Source: Gemmatimonadota bacterium (GTDB lineage: Bacteria; Gemmatimonadota; Gemmatimonadetes; Gemmatimonadales; Gemmatimonadaceae). From it: 50,680 nucleotides of DNA. The notes beneath the pieces were generated by a model. That model worked only from the letters and a program-made list of their open reading frames with translations. It was not told where the DNA came from and searched no databases. A program made the translations under genes and the position numbers. Location: positions 1 through 50,680 of the forward strand of contig JAGWRI010000097.1 of NCBI GenBank assembly GCA_028876525.1. Direction: 5' to 3'. Position 1 is the stretch's first letter. Every line of letters starts with the position of its first letter. Positions 20,201-28,720 of the stretch are shown here, piece after piece.

Positions 20201-20682
20201 GACACCACGATGTACTGCCCGTCGGGCGAGTAGCGGGGCGAGACGTATTGGTTGTCGTTGCCGCGCGTGACCGCCGTCGTGTCGCTGCCGTCGGACTTCA
20301 TGGTCCAGACGTTGTCGCCCCCCGAGCGATCGGAGACGAACACGATGCGCGACCCGTCGGGGCTGAACCGCGGCTGGGCGTCGTACGCCAGCCCGTGTGT
20401 GATCGCGGTGGCCGTGCCGCCCGCGCTTGGCATGGTGTAGATGTCGCCGAGCAGGTCGAACACGATCGTCTTGCCGTCGGGGCTCACGTCGAGCGACATC
20501 CACGACCCTTCGGTCGTGGTGAAGTCGGCGAACCGCGCCGGGGTGAGCGGCAGGCGGTCGGTCAGGCGGGTCGTGTCGGCGCCGCCGCGCCCGCCGTGCT
20601 GCGCGGCGGCGGGGCGGGACAGGAGCGCGAGAGCCAGGACGGCGGCGGCCAGCCGGCCGGCGCGGAGGGGGGCTGGGGACAT
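17254..20682 (-). CDS. secreted TolB-like (PD40/WD40) beta-propeller + C-terminal metal-dependent amidohydrolase fusion protein
   Basis: 1142 aa, ATG at 20682, signal peptide ...ALALLSRPAAAQ. It has repeated PD40-like units (SPDGKTIVF, SPDGSRIVFVSDRSG, SPDGQYIVV, SPDGRSVAF, SPDGRRLVA, SPDGNRVVA, SPDGNTVYW). The amidohydrolase part has PGFVDTHYH and GSIEAGKMADLVVL. Confidence 0.9.
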   Translation of the reverse strand: MSPAPLRAGRLAAAVLALALLSRPAAAQHGGRGGADTTRLTDRLPLTPARFADFTTTEGSWMSLDVSPDGKTIVFDLLGDIYTMPSAGGTATAITHGLAYDAQPRFSPDGSRIVFVSDRSGGDNVWTMKSDGSDTTAVTRGNDNQYVSPRYSPDGQYIVVSKGGATGGVAKLWIFDVKGGSGTALITEPATLKTLGAAFEPNGRYIWYAQRTGDWSYNAIFPQYELAEYDRETGRTAVTTSRDGSAFRPEISHDGKWLVYGTRYEARTGLRLRNLETGMERWLAYPVQRDDQESRAPLDVLPGYAFTPDNRAIIVSYGGEFWRVPVDGSRAAQIPFTAHVHVAMGPEVRFAYRVDSASTFPAHQVRDLAVAPDGRRMAFTILDRLYVVDSIGGTPRRLAAMDTGEFQPAWSPDGRSVAFVTWNDDVGGEIYRVSADGGAPRKVSTEAAYYRDLAWSPDGRRLVAVRASARDLQENAGTFNGGLDRHIVWVPADGGDATVIMPAGSFAAPQFSRLDTSRVFLYSASQGLVSVRWDGTDEKHVVRVTVPASGRGGVDGEGQLGGTDLPDPTVAGALEDNPPARGAQAVRISPDGNRVVAQIGMHLYAVSVPHGVGPDPRVVADPKNAAFPVRKLTEIGGEFPAWSPDGNTVYWGMGNAIVTYDLARAQQVDDSLAAARTGGGGGGAGADTAERKAAGYKPSEHRVVVAITRDVPQATAVLRGARVLTMRGREVIENADIVIRNDRIEAVGKRGSVAIPAGAKVLDMSGKTIVPGFVDTHYHTQWLVPDVHVGQVWQYLAMLAYGVTTTRDPQTSNTEVLTYEDQVETGDMVGPRIYSTGPGVFSGENIRTLEDARDVLRRYAEYYHTNTLKMYMSGNRLTREYIIMAARELGLMPTTEGGLDFKLEMTHAMDGYPGVEHTLPITPLYGDVVNFWARSGTTNTPTLIVSYGAPFGENYWFTNTNVHDDPKVRHFHPENDIDEKTRRRGQGAGGSPGPGGWFRPEEYVFPLHAAFSKGVVEAGGRVGVGSHGQFQGLGYQWEMWMLAMGGMKPYDVLRCATILGAEGIGMEKDLGSIEAGKMADLVVLEANPLENIRNTNTIRYVMKNGRLYDGSTLDEVFPRTRALPHYLWQDKVPHVEAGIANP

Positions 20683-20747
20683 GGGGGTTCCTGTGCGGGT
20701 GACGGAGGCGTTGACTTTGCCTCACCACCGTGCCGTCCGCAAGCGCC

Positions 20748-22322
20748 TCAGCGCACGGCGTCGAAGTCCAGGTACCCCTGTTGCGGGTCGGTGTGGATCA
20801 GGCGCAGGCGCACCTTGTCGCCCACGTCCAGCCCGTGTTGCCCGTGCACGACCATCCCCTCGGCCGGCGGATGGAACAGGCGGGCGAAGGTGCCGTGGTC
20901 CGAGACGCCGGTCACGATGCCGTCGAACACGTCGCCGATCCGGTGGGCGAGGAGCAGCGCGGCGGCCACCTTGCGCATCGTCCGCTCGACTTTCGACGCG
21001 GCGTCCTCGCGCTCGGTGCAGTGGGCGGCGATGGCCGCGAGTTCGTCGTTCGAGTACGGCGCCGGCGTGCCGGCGAGCGCCGCCTTCACCGCCCGCTGGG
21101 TGACGAGGTCGGCGTAGCGCCGGTTGGGGGCCGTGGCGTGCGTGTAGTCGTGCACCGCGAGCCCGAAGTGGATGCCGGGGTCCCGGCCCGGCAGGTCCAG
21201 CGCGTACTCGCCGGGGCCCATCAGCTTGACCACGGTAAGCGAGAGGTCCGGGAAGCGCACCGGATCGGCGGCGCGCCGCGCGCTCATGAAGTTGGCCAGG
21301 GCCAGCGAATCGGGCTGCGCGGGAAGCGTCGTGCCGTACTGTTTGGCGAGGTCCACGATTCTGCTCCACCGCTCCGGCTCGCGGACGACGCGGCGGATTC
21401 CCGACCGTCCCTTCGATTCGAGGAACACGGCGATCGCGATGTTGGACGCGATCATGAAGTCCTCGATCAGGTCGCGCGCCTTGCTCTTGCGGGTGAGCGC
21501 GAGGTCGACGATCTGCCCGCCCCGCGCCACGGGGGTGGCCTCGAGGGTGTCGAACTCGAGCGCGCCGTGGCGCGCGCGCTGCTCCTTGAGCCGCTGCGCG
21601 GCCTCGGACTGGAGCCGGATCTGCGCCGCGAGGCCGGCGCTCGCGGCGACCTTCGCGGGGGCGGGGCCGCCGTCGAGCCACGCGCCCAGGTCGTCGTACG
21701 CGAGCTTGGCCTGGTTGCGGATCAGGGCGCGGTAGACGTCATGCCGCGTGACCTCGCCGCTGGCGTCGACGACGGTCTCGATGACGAACGCCAGCCGGTC
21801 CTCGTTCTCGTTGAGCGAGGTCAGTCCCGTGGAGAGCCGGTCGGGAAGCATCGGGAACACCTCGACGCCGGTGTAGACCGACGTCGAGTTGGCGTGCGCG
21901 TGGACGTCGAGCGGAGAGTCCCTGGACACGAGCGCGTCCACGTCGGCGATCGCGACCAGCAGGCGGATCGCGTCGCCGGCGAGCTGCTCCGCCACCTCGG
22001 CCTGGTCGAGGTCCAGGGAGGTGGCGTTGTCGATCGACGACCAGAGCATCCCGCGCAGGTCGCGCGCGTCGGCGGCAGCCGGCGCCGGCGCGGTGAGCTG
22101 CGCCAGCTGCTGCGCGGCCGCGGCGGGGAATTGGGCCTCGAACCCGTACTTGGCGGCGATGCGGCGGGCGATCGCGTCGAGGTCCACGTTGCCCGGCACG
22201 CCGTGGCGCGGGGGCTGATGACCGTTGGGCGTACCGTGATCGGGAATGGCCGTGCTCCGTGAACGAGGGGCGGGGGCGGGGGAAGGGACGGGGCCGTTGT
22301 GGGAATCTCGCGATCCGGGCAT
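20748..22322 (-). CDS. RNB-domain exoribonuclease (RNase II/R family) with C-terminal S1-like domain; start uncertain
   Basis: RNB motifs include SIDNATSLDLDQA, YTGVEVFPMLP and HFGLAVHDYTHATAPNRRYADLVTQR. C-terminal GIVTGVSDHGTFARL is S1-like. Candidate starts are ATG at 22322, GTG at 22199, or ATG at 22376; the last is unlikely because it would overlap the divergent small gene. Confidence 0.8.
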   Translation of the reverse strand: MPGSRDSHNGPVPSPAPAPRSRSTAIPDHGTPNGHQPPRHGVPGNVDLDAIARRIAAKYGFEAQFPAAAAQQLAQLTAPAPAAADARDLRGMLWSSIDNATSLDLDQAEVAEQLAGDAIRLLVAIADVDALVSRDSPLDVHAHANSTSVYTGVEVFPMLPDRLSTGLTSLNENEDRLAFVIETVVDASGEVTRHDVYRALIRNQAKLAYDDLGAWLDGGPAPAKVAASAGLAAQIRLQSEAAQRLKEQRARHGALEFDTLEATPVARGGQIVDLALTRKSKARDLIEDFMIASNIAIAVFLESKGRSGIRRVVREPERWSRIVDLAKQYGTTLPAQPDSLALANFMSARRAADPVRFPDLSLTVVKLMGPGEYALDLPGRDPGIHFGLAVHDYTHATAPNRRYADLVTQRAVKAALAGTPAPYSNDELAAIAAHCTEREDAASKVERTMRKVAAALLLAHRIGDVFDGIVTGVSDHGTFARLFHPPAEGMVVHGQHGLDVGDKVRLRLIHTDPQQGYLDFDAVR

Positions 22323-22506
22323 GATTCCGGCAATGTCGGAGCCCGATACCCGCAAGACCCGCGAACCGCCCGGCACGCCACCGCCCCAGGGGGAGCCGCC
22401 GGCCGAAACGTGCGACTATTGCGGGAGCCGGGACCTCGCGTGGATCAAGTGCAAGCTGGTCTGCCGGAACTGCCGGCAGATCAACAAGAGCTGCGCCGAC
22501 CTCTGA
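22321..22506 (+). CDS. small 4-Cys zinc-ribbon protein (hypothetical; 57-61 aa)
   Basis: MIPAMSEPDTRKTREPPGTPPPQGEPPAETCDYCGSRDLAWIKCKLVCRNCRQINKSCADL*. It carries a CxxC-x13-CxxC pattern. Codon third positions are almost all G/C from ATG at 22333 onward, which marks it as coding. Alternative start at 22333. Confidence 0.6.
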   Translation: MIPAMSEPDTRKTREPPGTPPPQGEPPAETCDYCGSRDLAWIKCKLVCRNCRQINKSCADL

Positions 22507-22516
22507 TTCCGGGCGG

Positions 22517-23446
22517 CTACTCGAAATCCAGCGTCAGGTCCACGGCCGGCGCGGAGTGCGTGAGGGCGCCGACCGAGATCCAGTCCACCCCCGTTTCGGC
22601 GATCTCGCGCGCCGTGGACAGCGTGACCCCGCCGCTCGCCTCGACGATCGCGCGCCCCGCCACCAGCGATACGCATTCGCGCATGAGCGCGGGCGGCATG
22701 TTGTCGAGCATGATGACGTCGGCCTCGGCCCGGATGGCGGCCTCGACCTGATCGCGGCGCTCGCACTCGACCTCGACGCGGGTGTCCGGCGGCGCCGTCT
22801 CGCGCGCCCGGCGAACGGCCAGCGCCACGTCGCCGTCCAGCGCGGCCAGGTGGTTGTCCTTGATCAACACGCCCGACGCGAGGTCGAACCGATGGTTCGC
22901 CCCGCCCCCCGCGCGTACGGCGTACTTCTCGAGCTGCCGCCATCCGGGCGTCGTCTTCCGGGTGTCGAGGATGCGCGCTCTGGTGCCGGCCACGGCGTCG
23001 ACGTACCGCGCGGTGAGCGTCGCGATTCCCGACAGCCGCTGGAGGAAGTTGAGCGCCACGCGCTCGGCCGCCAGCATCGGCCGGGCGTGGCCGGTGATGA
23101 ACAGGACGCCCTCGCCCGCCCCGAGGCGCGTGCCGTCCTCGGCGTCGATGCGGATGGCGACCTTGGGGTCGAGCGTGCGGAACGCCTCCACGGCCAGCGG
23201 CACGCCGGCCAGGACGGTCCGTTGCCGGGTGGCCAGCAGCGCGCGGGCCCGCCGCTCGGACACCACCGTGGCGATCGTCGTGATGTCGTTGTAGGCGCCG
23301 TCTTCCTCGAGCGCCGATCGCACGAGCGCCTCCAGCGGCACGCCGACCAGCGGGAAGCGGAGCCGTCCCGTGTCGGGAACCGCCGGAGACGAGAACGGCG
23401 TGATCGTGCGCGGCGCGCTCTGCCGCTGAGGCTCCTGCTGGGGCAT
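22517..23446 (-). CDS. nadC: nicotinate-nucleotide diphosphorylase (carboxylating) / quinolinate phosphoribosyltransferase
   Basis: 309 aa from ATG at 23446 (MPQQEPQ...). Motifs ERVALNFLQRLSGIAT, ILDTRKTTPG, AVRAGGGANHR, LIKDNH, IMLDN. Confidence 0.93.
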   Translation of the reverse strand: MPQQEPQRQSAPRTITPFSSPAVPDTGRLRFPLVGVPLEALVRSALEEDGAYNDITTIATVVSERRARALLATRQRTVLAGVPLAVEAFRTLDPKVAIRIDAEDGTRLGAGEGVLFITGHARPMLAAERVALNFLQRLSGIATLTARYVDAVAGTRARILDTRKTTPGWRQLEKYAVRAGGGANHRFDLASGVLIKDNHLAALDGDVALAVRRARETAPPDTRVEVECERRDQVEAAIRAEADVIMLDNMPPALMRECVSLVAGRAIVEASGGVTLSTAREIAETGVDWISVGALTHSAPAVDLTLDFE

Positions 23447-23448
23447 GG

Positions 23449-24474
23449 CTATTCCCCCGGATCGCCCACCGGAGCGAGCCCGTGGCTGCCGCCGATCGAG
23501 ATCATGCGCTCGATGGCGCGGCGCGCGCGGCGCGCGACGTCCGGCGGAACGGTGATGCGGTGCTCGCCGCGTTCGAGCGCACCGAGCACCTTGGGCAACG
23601 TCGTGACCTTCATGTACGCGCATGTCGCGCGATCGTTCGCCGGATAGAATTTCTTGGTGGGATTTTCACGGCGCAGCCGGTAGAGGATTCCCACTTCCGT
23701 GGCCACCACGAATTCGTCGGCGCTCGACTCGGCGGGACGGCGGATCATCCCCTCGGTGGACAGGATCTCCACGCCGTCGGTCGCCACGTCACCCGCCGAG
23801 AGCGCCTCGAGCACCGACGTCGAGCAGCCGCACTCGGGATGCACGAGAAATTCGGCGCCGGGGTGCGCGGCGCGCGACGCGGCGATGTGCGCCGGGTCGA
23901 TCCCGGCGTGCACGTGGCACTCCCCCATCCACACGTGCAGGTTCGTCCGCCCCGTCATCCGCCGCACGTGCGCCCCCAGGAACATGTCGGGGAGGAACAG
24001 GATCTCCCGATCCGCCGGGATCGCGTTCACCACGTCCACCGCATTCCCCGACGTGCAGCAGTAGTCGCTCTCCGCCTTCACTTCGGCAGTAGTGTTTACG
24101 TATGACACCACCACCGCGCCGGGGTGCTCGGCCTTCCAGTCGCGGAGCTGGCCGGCGTCGATCGTCGCGGCCAGCGAGCAGCCGGCCGCCAGGTCGGGGA
24201 GCAGCACCGTCTTGCCGGGCGAAAGGACGGCCGCGGTCTCGGCCATGAAATGCACCCCGCAGAACACGATCACGTCGGCGCCCGTGCTCGCCGCCTCCCG
24301 CGACAGCCCCAGCGAGTCGCCCACGTAATCCGCCACGTCCTGCACTTCGGGCCGTTCATAGTTGTGGGCGAGGATCACGGCGTTGCGCCTGGCGGCCAGG
24401 GCACGGACCTCGTCGTGCAGCTCGGCGAGCGCGGGGTCGGACGGACGGACCGGAGCAGGGGCCATGTCCTGCAT
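23449..24474 (-). CDS. nadA: quinolinate synthase
   Basis: 341 aa. Motifs [35 protein letters not shown]. The stop TAG at 23449 is 2 nt from the nadC start. Confidence 0.95.
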   Translation of the reverse strand: MQDMAPAPVRPSDPALAELHDEVRALAARRNAVILAHNYERPEVQDVADYVGDSLGLSREAASTGADVIVFCGVHFMAETAAVLSPGKTVLLPDLAAGCSLAATIDAGQLRDWKAEHPGAVVVSYVNTTAEVKAESDYCCTSGNAVDVVNAIPADREILFLPDMFLGAHVRRMTGRTNLHVWMGECHVHAGIDPAHIAASRAAHPGAEFLVHPECGCSTSVLEALSAGDVATDGVEILSTEGMIRRPAESSADEFVVATEVGILYRLRRENPTKKFYPANDRATCAYMKVTTLPKVLGALERGEHRITVPPDVARRARRAIERMISIGGSHGLAPVGDPGE

Positions 24475-24544
24475 ATTAGCCGGGTCGCCGTCGCCGTGTG
24501 GCCGGGGCCCGGGGCTCGACCCGCCGGCTCGCGCCCCCGCCGGA

Positions 24545-26056
24545 TCACAATTCGATGTGCCGCCCCCTCCACGCCCCCGCGGCCCGCGGGAAATCGCTCC
24601 GGAAGTGCCCGCCCCGCGACTCGCGGCGCCGGAGCGCCGATCTGGCGATCAGGCTCGCCGTCTGGATCAGATTCGCCTCCTCGGTCGCGCCCTCCGGCAA
24701 CCGGGCCTCGATGTCCCCCAGCGTCGCCAGCGCGCTCTGGAGCCCCGCCCCGCTCCGCACGATTCCGGCGTACTGCCACATGATCATCCGCACCAGGTCG
24801 GCCGCCACCTGCGCCGCCCCGCGATCGCGCAGCACCGGCACGCTCCACCGCGCCCTCCGCGGCAGCCCGGCCAGCGCCGGCATCGCCGCCATCCGCGTCG
24901 CCACCCGCTCGGCGAACACCAGCCCCTCGAGCAGCGAGTTCGACGCCAGCCGGTTGGCCCCGTGCACCCCCGTGCGCGACACCTCGCCGCAGGCGAACAG
25001 CCGCCGCAGCGTGGACTGCCCGTGCAGGTCGGTGACCACGCCGCCCATCATGTAGTGCGCCGCCGGCGTCACCGGCACGAGGTCGCGCCGCGGGTCGATG
25101 CCGCGCGCCTTGCAGATCGCGTCGATGCCCGGAAACCGCGTGGCGAACGACCGGCCCAGCCGGCGCGCGTCCAGGAACACGCGGTGCCCGGCCCGCTGCT
25201 CGCGGAAGATCGCCCGCGCCACGACGTCGCGCGGGGCCAGCTCGGCCAGCGGGTGCTTCCTGGCCATGAACCGCGCGCCACGGTCGTTCACGAGCGTCGC
25301 CCCTTCGCCCCGCACCGCCTCGGAGATGAGTTGCAGCGGGTTCTCCGGCGTGTCCAGCGCCGTGGGGTGGAACTGAACGAACTCCATGTCGGCCAGCGTC
25401 GCCCCGGCGCGGTGCGCGATCGCGAATCCGTCGCCGGTGGCGACCACGGGATTCGTCGTGTAGCGGTACACCTGTCCCAGCCCGCCCGTGGCCAGCACGG
25501 TGGCATCGGCCACGATCTCGGTGGCGTGCCCCTTCACGCTCGCCCGCACGCCCAGCACGGCCCCGCGCGACACGATGAGGTCCAGCACGCGCGCCTTCTC
25601 CACCACCTTGATCCGGCGCGTGTGGCGCACGTGCTCGATCAACGTGCGCGCCACCTCGGCCCCGGTCTGGTCGCCGTGCGCGTGGACGATCCGCGACGCC
25701 GAATGCGCCGCCTCGCGGCCCAGGACCAGTCGGCCCGCCGGATCGATGTCGAACTCGGCGCCCGCCGTCTGCAGCTCGCGGACCCGCTGCGGCCCCTCCT
25801 CGACCAGCACCTGAACGGCGGCCGCGTCGCAGAGCGCCGCGCCGGCCGCCAGGGTGTCGCGCCGGTGGAGCTTCGGGGAGTCGCCGGCCCCCAGCGCCGC
25901 CGCGATGCCCCCCTGCGCATACGCCGTGGCGCTGTCGAACAGCGACCGCTTGGTGAGCAGCAGGACGGCGCCGTACTGCGACGCGCGCCAGGCCGTGGCC
26001 AGCCCGGCCACCCCGCTCCCCACCACGAGAAAGCGCGTTCGGATCCGTTCCGCCAT
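24545..26056 (-). CDS. nadB: L-aspartate oxidase
   Basis: 503 aa from ATG at 26056 ([19 protein letters not shown]...). Motifs AQGGIAA, RFMA...[46 protein letters not shown]. Confidence 0.93.
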   Translation of the reverse strand: MAERIRTRFLVVGSGVAGLATAWRASQYGAVLLLTKRSLFDSATAYAQGGIAAALGAGDSPKLHRRDTLAAGAALCDAAAVQVLVEEGPQRVRELQTAGAEFDIDPAGRLVLGREAAHSASRIVHAHGDQTGAEVARTLIEHVRHTRRIKVVEKARVLDLIVSRGAVLGVRASVKGHATEIVADATVLATGGLGQVYRYTTNPVVATGDGFAIAHRAGATLADMEFVQFHPTALDTPENPLQLISEAVRGEGATLVNDRGARFMARKHPLAELAPRDVVARAIFREQRAGHRVFLDARRLGRSFATRFPGIDAICKARGIDPRRDLVPVTPAAHYMMGGVVTDLHGQSTLRRLFACGEVSRTGVHGANRLASNSLLEGLVFAERVATRMAAMPALAGLPRRARWSVPVLRDRGAAQVAADLVRMIMWQYAGIVRSGAGLQSALATLGDIEARLPEGATEEANLIQTASLIARSALRRRESRGGHFRSDFPRAAGAWRGRHIEL

Positions 26057-26120
26057 GAAGATGGAATCAACCGCCCGCGTCAGCCTTGCGGTACCCCGGC
26101 CCGGCGCAAGATTCAGGGAC

Positions 26121-27173
26121 ATGCGGAAGCTGCTCATGCTCATGGGCGTGCTGCTGGCCGCCCATGTGGTGCTGCTGTTCGTGCACCCCGCGGGCGCCAC
26201 GTCGCCGACCATCGACCCCAACGCCGTCAACATCGGCATCGTGTTCGACGTCGGCGGCCGCGGCGACAAGTCGTTCAACGACGCCGCCTACCTGGGCGCG
26301 GAACGTGCCGAGAAGGAACTCGGCGTCCACGTGCGGTTCATCGAGCCCGGCGACGGCTCCGACCGCGAGGCCGGGCTCCGCATTCTGGCCGCCGAGGGCA
26401 TGAAGCTCGTCGTCGGCATCGGCTTCATCTTCACCGACGACCTGAACCAGCTCGCCAGGGAATATCCGAACACCGACTTCGCCGGCGTGGACTATTCGGT
26501 GGCCACCGACAGCGCCGGCAATCCCATCCCGCCCCCGCCCAATCTCGCCGCTCTGAAATTCCGCGAGGAAGAGGGGTCGTTTCTCGTCGGAGCGCTGGCC
26601 GCGATGGTCGGCCATTCGAAGAAGCTCGGGTTCATCGGCGGTATGAACTCGCCGCTCATCCAGAAGTTCCAGGCCGGCTACGCCGCGGGCGTGCATTACG
26701 TCTGCCCCGACTGCCAGGTCATCGCGCAGTACGCCGGCGTGACGCCGGACGCGTTCCGCAACCCGGGCGTCGGCAAGGAACTCGCCCTGGCGCAGTACCA
26801 GCAGGGCGTGAACGTCATCTTCCACGCGTCGGGCTCCACGGGACTCGGCGTGTTCGAGGCGGCGCGCCAGACGGACCGGTTGGCCATCGGCGTGGACGCC
26901 GATCAGTACTCCGAAGCCCCGGGGCACGTGCTGACCTCGATGGTGAAGGGCGTGGACGCGGCGGTGTTCGACGCGATCAAGCGCGTGAAGGACGGCACGT
27001 TCAAGGGCGGGATCTACACCTTCGGTCTCGCGCAGAACGGGGTTCGCTACGTGTACGACGAACACAACCGGAACCTCATCCCCGACAGCGTCCACGCGCG
27101 GCTGGAGCAGATCCGCGCCGACATCATCGCCGGCAAGATCAAGGTGCCGAGCACGCTGGGCGCCGCGCCGTGA
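26121..27173 (+). CDS. BMP-family ABC transporter substrate-binding protein (nucleoside/purine type)
   Basis: 350 aa from ATG at 26121, with a hydrophobic N-terminal anchor. Motifs DVGGRGDKSFND, GFIGGM, IGVDADQ typical of Bmp/PnrA/Med proteins. Confidence 0.88.
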   Translation: MRKLLMLMGVLLAAHVVLLFVHPAGATSPTIDPNAVNIGIVFDVGGRGDKSFNDAAYLGAERAEKELGVHVRFIEPGDGSDREAGLRILAAEGMKLVVGIGFIFTDDLNQLAREYPNTDFAGVDYSVATDSAGNPIPPPPNLAALKFREEEGSFLVGALAAMVGHSKKLGFIGGMNSPLIQKFQAGYAAGVHYVCPDCQVIAQYAGVTPDAFRNPGVGKELALAQYQQGVNVIFHASGSTGLGVFEAARQTDRLAIGVDADQYSEAPGHVLTSMVKGVDAAVFDAIKRVKDGTFKGGIYTFGLAQNGVRYVYDEHNRNLIPDSVHARLEQIRADIIAGKIKVPSTLGAAP

Positions 27174-28720
27174 CCGGGCCCGCCGCGGGGTTCGCCGTCC
27201 GCCTGACGGGAATCGAGAAGTCGTTCGGGCCGGTGCGCGCCAACCGGGGCGCGTCGCTGGCCGTCGCGCCCGGCGAGATCCACGCCCTCGTGGGCGAGAA
27301 CGGCGCCGGCAAGTCCACGCTCATGCGCGTGCTGAGCGGCATGTACGCCCCCGACGCCGGGACGATGGAGGTCGACGGGCGCGACGTCACCGGCTGGAGC
27401 ACCGCCCATGCGATCGCCGCCGGCGTGGGCATGGTGCACCAGCATTTCATGCTCGTTCCGCCGCTCACGGTGGCCGAGAACATCGTGCTCGGCCGCGAGA
27501 TCACGTCGCATGGGCAACTCGACCGTGCCGGCGCCGAGCGGGCGGTCGCCGAACTGTGCGCGCGCACGGGGCTGGTCGTGGCGCCCGGGCGCCGGGTGGC
27601 CGATCTCTCCGTGGGCGAGGCCCAGCGCGTGGAGATCCTCAAGACGCTCTACCGCGGCGCCAAGCTCCTGATCCTCGACGAGCCCACCGCGGTGCTCTCG
27701 CCCCCCGAGGTGGACGAACTGTGGCGCGTGCTGGCCCGCATGCGGGCGGGCGGCGACACGATCGTCCTCATCACGCACAAGCTCGATGAGGTGATGGAGA
27801 TCTCCGACGCCGTGACCGTCATGCGCCACGGCGAGACGGTGGGGCGCGTGGCCACGCGCGAGACCTCGCCCGCGGCGCTGGCCCGGATGATGGTGGGACG
27901 CGAGGTGGCGCTGGCCGGCGCCGCGCCCCTTCCCCCCGCTCCCGCGCACACCGCCACCTCCGCCGATCGCCCCGCCCTCGAGGTCCGCGAGCTCACGGTC
28001 GCCGATCCGCGCAAGGCGCGCGCCGTGGATGCGGTGAGCTTCACCCTGGCCCCGGGCGAGATCCTCGGCGTGGCCGGCGTCGAGGGGAACGGGCAGACCG
28101 AGTTGGTCGAGGCCATCGCCGGCCTCCGCCCGGCGCGCGCCGGCGCCGTGCTCCTCGACGGCCGCGACGTCACCCGGCTCACCGTGCACGAGCGCGGCGC
28201 GGCCGGGCTGTCGCACATCCCCGAAGATCGGCAGCGCCGCGGCCTCGTCCTCGACTACTCGATTGCCGACAACCTCGTCCTCGGACAGCAGCGGCTCTAC
28301 ACGCGCCGCGGCGCCCTCGACGGGGCGCGCATCGCCGACAACGCGCGCCGGCGCATCGAGCAGTTCGACATCCGCCCGGGCGATCCGGCGGCGCCCGCCC
28401 GCACGCTCTCCGGCGGCAACCAGCAGAAGATCGTCGTCGCGCGCGAAATGGGACGCGACTTCTCCGTGCTCCTCGCCGCCCAGCCCACCCGCGGCGTGGA
28501 CGTGGGCGCGATCGAGTTCATCCACGCCCAGCTTCGCGCGGCGCGCGGCGCGGGCAAGGCCATCCTGCTCGTGTCGGCCGACCTCACCGAGATCCTCGCC
28601 CTCTCCGACCGCATCGCCGTGATGTACGGCGGCCGGTTCGCGGCCGTGCTGCCGCGCGCCATGGCCACCGAGGAAGTGCTCGGCGCCTACATGACCGGAG
28701 CCGCGGGGCAGGCCGCATGA
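27170..28720 (+). CDS. ABC transporter ATP-binding protein, duplicated ATPase (RbsA/NupA-like)
   Basis: 516 aa. The GTG at 27170 overlaps the upstream stop (GTGA). First Walker A GENGAGKST, second degenerate P-loop GVEGNGQTE, signatures LSVGEAQR and LSGGNQQK. Confidence 0.9.
   Translation: MTGPAAGFAVRLTGIEKSFGPVRANRGASLAVAPGEIHALVGENGAGKSTLMRVLSGMYAPDAGTMEVDGRDVTGWSTAHAIAAGVGMVHQHFMLVPPLTVAENIVLGREITSHGQLDRAGAERAVAELCARTGLVVAPGRRVADLSVGEAQRVEILKTLYRGAKLLILDEPTAVLSPPEVDELWRVLARMRAGGDTIVLITHKLDEVMEISDAVTVMRHGETVGRVATRETSPAALARMMVGREVALAGAAPLPPAPAHTATSADRPALEVRELTVADPRKARAVDAVSFTLAPGEILGVAGVEGNGQTELVEAIAGLRPARAGAVLLDGRDVTRLTVHERGAAGLSHIPEDRQRRGLVLDYSIADNLVLGQQRLYTRRGALDGARIADNARRRIEQFDIRPGDPAAPARTLSGGNQQKIVVAREMGRDFSVLLAAQPTRGVDVGAIEFIHAQLRAARGAGKAILLVSADLTEILALSDRIAVMYGGRFAAVLPRAMATEEVLGAYMTGAAGQAA

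Noticed and set aside
17281-21117. 1278-aa plus-strand ORF antisense to the beta-propeller/amidohydrolase gene. Similar giants are 41543-45724 (+), 5709-8282 (+), 6088-7890 (-), 32735-34831 (+), 36624-38690 (+), 46965-48698 (+), 30719-31945 (-) and 14534-16426 (-).
   Set aside because: Their translations are monotonous Arg/Gly/Ala/Pro/His-rich strings with no motifs. Each lies exactly opposite, or out of frame to, a gene with clear family signatures. Stop-codon scarcity in high-GC DNA explains them.
24085-24100. AT-richer patches inside nadA ([10 protein letters not shown] codons) and inside the amidohydrolase gene (about 18085-18110, YAEYYHTNT).
   Set aside because: They coincide with Tyr/Asn/Thr/Val-rich conserved peptide motifs whose codons necessarily lower GC. 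They are not evidence of a separate element.
26063-26116. Distant inverted repeat GGAATC ... GATTCa in the nadB/BMP intergenic region as a possible NAD-regulator operator.
   Set aside because: The arms are only 5-6 nt, imperfect and more than 40 nt apart. This is not distinguishable from chance.
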